A stretch of 30,334 nt of DNA. Origin: a virus. Taxonomy: Duplodnaviria; Caudoviricetes. Made by a program: the position numbers and the translations under genes. Shown in pieces: positions 1-9,000 of this stretch. The stretch's first letter is position 1. Each line of letters opens with the position of its first letter. The stretch spans positions 1 to 30,334 of IMG/VR virus record IMGVR_UViG_3300033475_000117; one strand, written 5' to 3'. Under the pieces are notes generated by a model. The model was not told the origin of the DNA. It searched no databases and saw only the letters and a program-made list of their open reading frames with translations.

Positions 1-1
1 A

Positions 2-3000
2 GCCCGGGGCCTGCTGCTTGTGCCACATGTCCCGCAGCGCAACCTGCTGAGTGACCGAGGCCTTCCGGAACTGCTTGCCAAGTTCCTTGGGAGACAGTTC
101 CCGTTGTGGGGCCTCAGCTGCGACCTTCTCCAGTGGACGCAAGGCAGGGACGCGGCCCTGAGCACCTTCGCCACCGGGTGCATAGTGCAGCGAGTGCACG
201 TTGCTTTGCCCGATCCTGACCGCTGCAGCACGGTCCCGAGGCGTGAGCAACTTCCTGATCGACACCGGGTAGAGCCGGAAGTCCGGGTTCTTGTCCAGGG
301 CCTTCAGCGCATCGTCCACTTCGGACCGTGGTACATCCGAGAGCAGCTTGTGCTCGCGCAGGTCGGCGATGTCTACGCCACCGGCCTTTCCCTCAGGCAG
401 GTCAGCGTAAGCCTGACGGATCCGGTTCTCGATCTGGGTCTTTCGGGTCGCCGGGTCCTCGGAAAGGCCCTTGGCACCGATGAGGTCCTGACCCTTCGGA
501 GCCTTGACCGTACGCTTCGCCGGTTTAGGAGCCGCTGCCTCGCCGGTCTTCTTTAGGTACGCAGCTTCAATGGCGTCATGAAGCCCACGCGACCATGACC
601 CCTCGTCTGGCCCACGTGCCGCCCGCTTCGCCGCCTTGGTCTCGGCAGCCGGCGTCGGCTCCGGTACCGCAGCTGCCGCCTTCTTAGCCGCCTTGACAGC
701 CTTGGTGGCCTTCGTCGGCGCGGGTGTCACCTCAGCCGGCTTCGGCGCGGTTACCTTCTTCGCTGCCTTGGCAGCCTTGGTCGGGCGAGCGGCCTGTACA
801 GCGGCGTGCTCGGGGTTCAGCTGGTAGACGTTCCTGCCGCCACGCTTCCCGACAGCCCGCAGGACTGGGTTCTCGCCACGGACCAGCTGTCCAGCGTGAA
901 CACCGGAGATACCGAGTTCGTCGGCAGTACCCTCGGTCTTCCCGCTGCGAAGTACCGACTCCAGGCCACGGGCCTGGACCTCAGTGAGACCGTGCTGGTC
1001 ACGAGAGACCACTGCCGGGGCCGTCTGAGTCCGGAGCGCCGGTCTACGGGTGACGGTCGGCCGTGGGGTGCGGCGAACCGGCGGCGGGATTACTCCGCCA
1101 GCCCTCTCGACCCGTTCTCGACGTGCATTCAGCCGGCCAACGTGAGTGGATCTGGTCTCTGGGGAAAGCCGGTCGAAGAAGGCCGCCCGCTCTGGGAACA
1201 CATCCCGGTAGTGAGCCGTCATCGGAGGCAGGCCCTCACGGACCGGGATCCAGTTACCAATCACATCATGGGTGTACAGCGCGCCGTTTTCCGCGAAGGC
1301 CTCGCCCATGTCGGATTGACCATACGTGGTACCAGCGTGCGGTATCGGCCTCCCTGCCCCGAACGCGTCCCAGTGATGTATAGACTGATCTAGCTCCTTC
1401 ATGCGCTGGCTGGTTGGTAGTGCCTTGAATTCATAACCATCGAACCTGGCCAGATCAGGACGGTGCTCCAGTGACCGGGCGAATTCCCCTCCTGGGGACA
1501 GGTCTACCTCGCGGGAGAATTCAATCGGATGCCATCCCTCGTGGTAATGAACGAGGGCCTCTTCGACGTAGGAGTCGTAGTTGAAAGCCTGACCATCGCG
1601 GTAGAACACGATGCTGGAGGTCTTTTCGGCTCCCGGTATCGGCGTGTAATGCGTGAGCGCTGCGACTCGCGGATTAACGTAACCAACTGCTTCGCGGCTG
1701 ATTAGTCCTTCGTGCTCGCTGGCAGCACTGGTGCGAATGTAGGAGTGAATTTCAGCCTTAGCGGCGTCTGGCAGCTGGTCGTGCCGCTCAACCGCATCGC
1801 GGACCCACTTGTCGGCCGCCGCCTTATCGGCAGGGCTGCCGCCGTGCTCAACCATGTAGGCAACGTCGCCGTGACGGTAGGCCGTTCCGCCGCTCATGTG
1901 CAGGGCTGCGTCTGGCCTGCCACGTGCATTCAGGTGAACGGTTACGTCATGGAACGAGACGCCACGGCCGCCCTCTGGTAGCGACTTGTAGGCCTCGGGC
2001 ATCGAGTACTGCCCAATGTGACCGGTCAACTCGGCCCGGTCCGGGTTGGCCGGGTTACGGTGCAGCGTCAGCTGACCAAAGAGGTGGTCGTCCCTGATCT
2101 CAGGTGTGTGCGTTCCCCTGTGGGAGACCGGAATGCCGTGCCGATGCTGAGCGGTAACAGTGGCCGCTGTCTTCGTCTTCGGCTGCTCCCGGTCCACGAC
2201 CGTGCGCCAGGCGGATGCGCTGGTGTGCGGCTTCCCGGTAGCCGGGTTGGTCTCCTTGCGAAGCGCCTTGACCTCAGTCTGGAGACGCTGCTGGTGGTCC
2301 TCCGGTAGCCCGTTGAACCATTCCTTGTCCTTGATACGGGTCGGCATGTCACCGGCGCGGCGAACGATCGCCCTGGTCGGCGTGGGAACGCCAGCCTCCC
2401 GAGCGGCGCGCTCGGCAAGGAACTGCTCGTGCTGGGCACGACCGATTTCCCGGAGCGCCCGAATGGTGTCCTCACGGCTCCGGTTGCGGTCTTCGGGAAC
2501 GCGGTAAGCCTTCGCCACGTGCGCAAGTTGCTTGTCGGTCAAGCTTTCCAGGTAACGCATCTGCGGGACGTGCGGAGTCGGGATCTTCCCGCCCTCCACA
2601 TCCTTCTGGATCTGCTCCTCGGCCGGCGTCAAGCCACTGAGAAGTGCCTGACCCTTGTTCGAGAGCCGGAGTCCGTTGGTGCCATCCGCCTGGAGCACAC
2701 CGCGTCGCAGAAGCATGTCATTGGACATGTCCCGCAGGACGCTTGGGGTGCCTCCGAGCTTGGCGAGTTCCGCCTCGCTCTTGGTCCCGTCTCCGATCTC
2801 CCGGAGCACCCGGCTCCGGGAGGCGTCAACGTGTTCGGTGACAGCCTGGCGCCAGGCGTCGTCTACGGACGTCTTCTCGTTACCAGCCAGGATCTCGTTG
2901 GCCCGGGTCCGCATCTCGTCCTGGTGCCCAGCGCCCGCCTCCCGGAAGAGGTGCCGCTGCGCGCCCAGGTGCTCACCAGGCAGGTCGCCGGCAACGCGGG

Positions 3001-6000
3001 CAGCCGCCTTCTCCTCGGTGGGCGCCGCCGCCTCGGTCAGGAGCCGGCGCCCCTTCATCGTGCCGTCCGACTGCCGGCCACCAGCCTGCGTGATCAGCTT
3101 GCCGTCGCCGTCGAAGAAGTTCTTCATGCCCGGGTTGCCACGAACGGGCCGGACCTTGGCAACCTCTACGAGGTCCCCAGGTTCCCCAGGGCCGTTCTTG
3201 TACTTTTCAGGCACAGCAGCGTGGTAAGTGGCGCGGACGAGGTCACCGGGCTTGACGTCGGCGACTCGCAGCTTCTCCTCGGGACCGTGGGTGGCACCCG
3301 GCTCCACGGCCTCCACAGCCTTGACGGCTGGCTTGACTTCCTCGGTGGCAGGCGTCTGTGCCAGGTGCGCGTGGATCTTCTCGCGCATCGCGGCGATGCT
3401 GTCGCTCTTCTTGGTGCTGACACCAAGCTCGCGAGCAACCTGCTCGTATGGAGCCTTGCGCTTGACCTTGCCCGGGTTCAGATCATTGAGGATCTGGTCC
3501 CGCTGCTCGGCAGTGGTGGCCCGGCGCAGTTGCTCGGAAGCAGTAGCGCGACGGATCGCAGTCCGGGACATCTTGCGCTCGGTACGACCACGAAGCGCCG
3601 CAGCAGGAGTTCCGACGCGCTTGACCAGCCGTAGCGAGGCCGACCGGGTCGGCTCCTGGATACCGGCCAACTGGCGAACCGTGGCGTGGTGCCGCTCCGG
3701 GATGTCGAGAGCCCCATTCTTGGACCTGGTGATCAGGCCCTGGTGCTCCAGTCCCCGCAGTGCATTACGCAGCCCACCGGTCGGGGTGCCCTCTTCGTCC
3801 ATCAAGGACTTGATGTACTTCTCGTCCTTGCCGCCGTAGGTGTAGACGTGCTTCAGGATCTGGGCCTGGCGGTCGCTGACCTCGAACCCGCCCGCCTTGC
3901 GCATCTCTGGCGCGGCGGCAGTCTCTGCTGGCCGGACCGGCTCACGGCGTGGACGAACGAACCGCTTGGTGCCTTGCTTGGTCCGCTGAAGACCGGCGAT
4001 CCGGCGACGAGCCGCCGTCGCCTGGGGGCCGTGCAGCCGAGCGACCGTACGCGCAGCAGCCCTGGCGGCCTCTGGTGTTGCCCCGGCCTGTTCCAGGTGG
4101 TGCTGCAGGTTGTCCAGGAACGCCTGGTCCTCTTGGTGACCGCCGACTATCTCTTGCGGCAGCTTGCTGGTGCGCTCGCGCTCCGGCAGGTAGTGGTCGA
4201 GGTGCTGAGTGCCCTTGTCAGTGAGGCGCCCTTCTCCGTCGACCAGGCCACGGCTCCGCAGAGACCGGAGAGTCGACGGGTGCAGCTTCGTCTCTGGGTT
4301 CTGCTCCAGGCTGTGCAGGCCCTTGATCTGGTTGTCGCTCAGCTTGCCGACGCGCTCGGAGGCGCGGGCAACCTTAACCAGCGGCTTGGCCTCGGGCGCC
4401 TTAGCCTCTGCTTCCGGAGCCCGGCTGACGTCCACCGCGAGGTGGCGGACTCCATTGACTATCTTGTCGCCGGTGACCGTGAGGCGGAGGTTGCGCTCCA
4501 GCAGGATCTCGCGGTTGGGGTCCTCATCCTCGTAGGCCCCGAACCTCAGTGCGCGAACGCCAGCCGGGACGTGCATTTGCATCAGGAGGCCGCCCTCGCG
4601 GCCCATCAGCCCCTGCTTTGCATAGAGGTCACGAGCAGGTTCCATGTCAGCCGAAGTCGACTGGAACCCGGGAACGTCTACCGTCTTACCGACCAGGGAC
4701 CCCTTGAGCGAATCTTCGCCAAAGACGCCCTTGCCGGTCTTCATCCCGCGCCAAACCTCGATGTTCTTGTCAAGCTCCGAGTGAGTCAGCAACTCATCGA
4801 TAGCCTTAACATCCTCGTGGTTCGGGTTCTTGCGGACGTTCCACGGAGCCGTTGGCCCCTCTTCGAGGTTGTACCCGTGCAACGCCTTCTCGACGCGCTT
4901 GATCTTCGCCTTGGACCAGCCCTTTGGTGGGGTCTCCAGGCGCGTGTACATCTCCCGCAGATGCAAGGGCGCATCCGGGTTCAGGTCGATCGTCTGGGTC
5001 CGCATCTTCGGTACAGCAAGCGCTTCATCGCCGCGAGCCGCCTGCCGGGCCTGCGCTTCTTCCCGTCGCGCCGGTCCCTTACCGATCAGCTTGACACGAC
5101 GACTCAGGAGCCGGCCCTCGCGCCCGGTCCTGACGCCAACCCGCCGACCGATAACCTGGCCGATGTGTGGCAGGGCGGCGTCGGCGATGACCCGCGCCTG
5201 CTGACGCTCGATGTCACTAAGACCCGGTGCCTCGCGCAGTGCGGCGGCAGCCTTCTCCGGGCTCCGTCCCCGAGCCAGGTCACGACCAGTGGCCTGGACT
5301 GCCTGGCGCAGCGGGCCTTCCGGGACGTCCAGGCCAGCCTTGTTCAGAGCCCGGTCGAACCGCTTGCTTCCCGTTGTCCAGTGCGTGCCCGCCGTACTTG
5401 GGACCCGAACTTGACCCTTCTGCTCCAGGCCAAGAGCATGCCGCCGGAGTTCAGCGACCCGCATGCCCTTGAGTTCCTCGTCGGTAACGGGCTTGGTCGG
5501 GTTCGCCTTGATGTGCTCGATCAGCCCGGCCTTGTCAGCAGGGAGTTGGGCTGCCTTGGCCATCTCCCGGACCTGGGTGTCGGACAGGGCGCGCTGTTCC
5601 GCTGCCTTCAGTGGCTCGCCGGCCCGTGGGCCAGCGGCGCGCATCTGCTGCAGTTCGTCCGTTTGCTCGCGAAGTGCACGCTCGGCTGCCTGGGCCTTGG
5701 TCTCCTTGACCCGCCCAGCACGAGCAACCCGCGCCTCCTCGACGGCGCGTTGGATCCTGCTCCGTACCCGCCGCCCGATCGTTGGGTTGTTCTCCCGCTC
5801 CAAGTCCTTAAATGCCTCAGCAGCTGGGCGCTGGATCTGCCTGGCAAGCTTCCGGTCAGTGGCCGGGGACAGTGCGGGCCGCTGAGCCCTTTGTAGGGTG
5901 CGCCGCATCTGGCCCAGCAACGCCTCGCGCTCAACGCGATCAGCGATCTTCTGCTCGATCTCGGGGCTACGGCGAACACCTACCCGCGACGCGGCACGCC

Positions 6001-9000
6001 GCTCGGCGGGGGCGAGCCCCCCTCTCCACTCCTCAAGGGCCTGCTTCATGCGACGGTCGGCGTAGCGAACGGCCTGGCGAGGCTCCTGGCCATGGTCCAG
6101 CCGAGTCTGCACGATGTTCAGGTACTTCTGGAGAACTGCATCGTCCTTCGGTACGGACATGCCACGGAGCTTGTGCATCTCCGCACGGGCGTCGATGTGC
6201 TGCGGACCACCTTCACCGAAGATGTACTTGGCCCGTTCCAGCGCTCCCTTGCGCTCGGTACCCTGGGCACTGATCGCCCGCGCCACGGCGCTACGAGGGG
6301 CCACGGTACGGCCCCGAGAAACCAGAGCCGGCCTGGTCGTGGTCGTGATGCCGTGCTGCTTCTCGTGCTCGGCGAGCGCAGCCGCAAGCTCCTCGGCGTC
6401 CATCCGCGAACGGCCCTTGATACCAGCAGTTGTGGCACGTCGGTACAGGGAGGCCTTCGACTCGGGCTTCTCGGCAGGTGCAGCCGCCTTCTTCACGGCA
6501 GCCTTGGCGATCTTCTTCTCTTCGGCAGCAGGTGTCGAAGTCACCTTCTTCACGCCGCGAACCGGAACGTGCGGCTCGCCGCCAGCCGCGAGTCGTGCCT
6601 CCTCAGCACGGATAGCTGCGCGCTTCTCGTCCGGGGTCTTAAACTTCGTGCGGCCAGGGATCTGCAGCGCGATGAGGCGGGCGTTGAGATCCCGAACCAG
6701 CATCTGCTCAAGAGGCTTGGTCTCAGCAGGCTGCTCGGCTGGCGCAGCTTCGGCAGGCTTCGGGACAGCCGCCCTGGCGCCGCGACCGACAGCCTTGACC
6801 GGGCGGGTGGCCGCAGCCGGCTTCGGTTCAGCGGGGGCCGGGGTCGTCTTGACCGCCGTCTTGACGGCTGGCTTGGCCGCCTTCTCCGCCAGCGTGTACC
6901 GGGCTGGCGTTCCCTCGTGCTTCTGGAGGTGCCCCTCCCGAGCCAGAATGGTCAGCTGCATGCTGTGCTTGCCGAGCCCAAGCTCGGAAGCCGTCTGCGG
7001 CTCACCAGTGCCGTGCTCCCGGATGTGGGTCAGGATCTCGGCACGCCGCTCGGCTGGGGTGGCACCCTTCAGTTCGACAGCACCAGCCGGCGTCCGGACG
7101 ACCCGAGTGCCGGTCTTCTCTTCACCCGTGATGCCGCGCTCTCGCTGAAGAGCGGCGATGATGTGCTTACGGATCTTGAGTGTGGTCGTCTTGGTGGTGT
7201 CGTGGTACCCGAAGTGCTTGGCAACAGCCAGATATGGCTGGGTGAGCGTGACCTTCTCACCATTGGCAGCCGGATGGGTCGCGGCAAGACCCATGAAGTC
7301 CAGCATGTTCTCCCACTCGCTGGGCGGCGCCTCCCGCAGCCGGCGAGCGTAGTCCTCCGGGTTGGTGATGGCTTCAGCGGTGCGTGCTCGCTTCAGTTCC
7401 TCACGGCTCTTGCCCGTGGCGCCCGAGATCTTCTCGGCTTCCTTGGCGACCTCGGACTCGCGGTTGGTACGAGCATCGAGCAGGGACTGGGCGCCCTTTT
7501 TGATCGCCTCGATCAGGGCGAGACGGTGGGCCTCGCGCTCCTTGCCCTTGCGCTCGCGCTGCTCCCTCGTACCGATGATCCGGGAAACCCCACGGCCGCC
7601 CATGATGCGGCGAAGCTCCTGGAGGTCCTTCTCCAGCTTGTTAGCCAGTTCCGCGCGGCGTGGCGCCCCGACCCAGTCTCCGGCCTCGGAGTCCTTCATG
7701 ACGTCGATGTGCGCCTTGGTTTCCTTGCCGGTTAGCTCATCGCGAACCCGCGAAACAACAGCACCGGCGCCCCTTCGACGAAGGACGCCATCGATCAGGC
7801 TCTGGACGTACTTCCGGTGCTCGGCGTCATCCTGAGTACCCAGCTTAGTAAGGTGCCCGAGGATCTCATCAACGGCTGCCTGGCGGGCCTCTGGGCTACT
7901 GGCCCCACGAGGTCCATGGAACTCAGGGTTCTCTACGTGTTCGTGCCCAGACAGCGCACGCATGCGCGCCTTGTCCTTGGCGCTCTGCTGCGCGGCCTTG
8001 GCTGCCGTCTCCCGGCGCTCACGGTCGGCGCTGGCCTCGAACCGGAAGCGCAGCCAAGCACGGCCGTCCTTAGTCCGACCGACGTCGCCCCAGCCCGGAT
8101 TCTCCGGATCCTTGCTGTGCTTCGGAATGAATTCGGTCTCGTACTTGGAGATCTGACCCTTGTCGTCATAGACACGCCAGGAGACCTCCATCCTCCCGGT
8201 CTTATCGACTCCCTGGACTTCGCCAACACGCGTCGGGCGTAGGCGCTTGTCCTCGTTGCCGATCCCCTCGCGACCGAGCAGTTCCTCGGTAGACGAGGCC
8301 TTGCCGAACCGGCTCCGTGGCGTAGTGTCCACAATGGTGTCGGTGTTCTTCGGCTCACGGCCCTCACCACCGACGAACTCGTTCTCCAGAACCTTCTGCC
8401 GACGAAGCCTACGACGGGCCGACTTCTGGTCCTGAAGCTCCTTGTCGATGGCCTTCTCTTGCTCGGTCTCCTTGGTCGCAGAGGCGCGGACCTTCTCTGC
8501 CTCTGCTTCAGCGTTCTTTCGCTCCTTGGGGGTCAGGACGCGGGCGCCCATCGCCTCCTCGCCAGACGTGCCGCGCTTGGTCGGACCAACGCGCCATGCG
8601 TACTGGCCGGTTGCGGCGTCCCGGTACCGCTGAATCTCCTTGTCCAGCTTGAACTTGGAGTCAGTGAGGTCGACGTGCTCCTCGGTCGGGTCGTTGGCGA
8701 TCCGCTTCGATGGGTCAGTGCGCCACTGCACCCGGGCGCGGTGAGTCTTCGGGTCGATGGAGAGGATGTCGCCGATCCGGTTCTTGCCGTTCTCGTCCGT
8801 GTACTGGACGTGGTAGCCCTTCTTGGCCTTATCGGCAACCGTCGCGAACTTCTCGTCGGAGACCGGTGCCAGCTTTTCGACGCTGGCCAGGCGAGCCTGC
8901 CGCTCCTCCTTTGTGGACGGAGTGATGCCCTTCGGACCCATGTTGCCCTTAGGGACAACGACCTTGCGCCCACCCTTGGGTGGCGGCGCGGTGACTGGGC

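Noticed and set aside
5890-6100. Possible frameshift or gene break at the C/G runs near 6007-6022
   Set aside because: Hand translation of 5942-6121 stays open and protein-like in the same minus frame.
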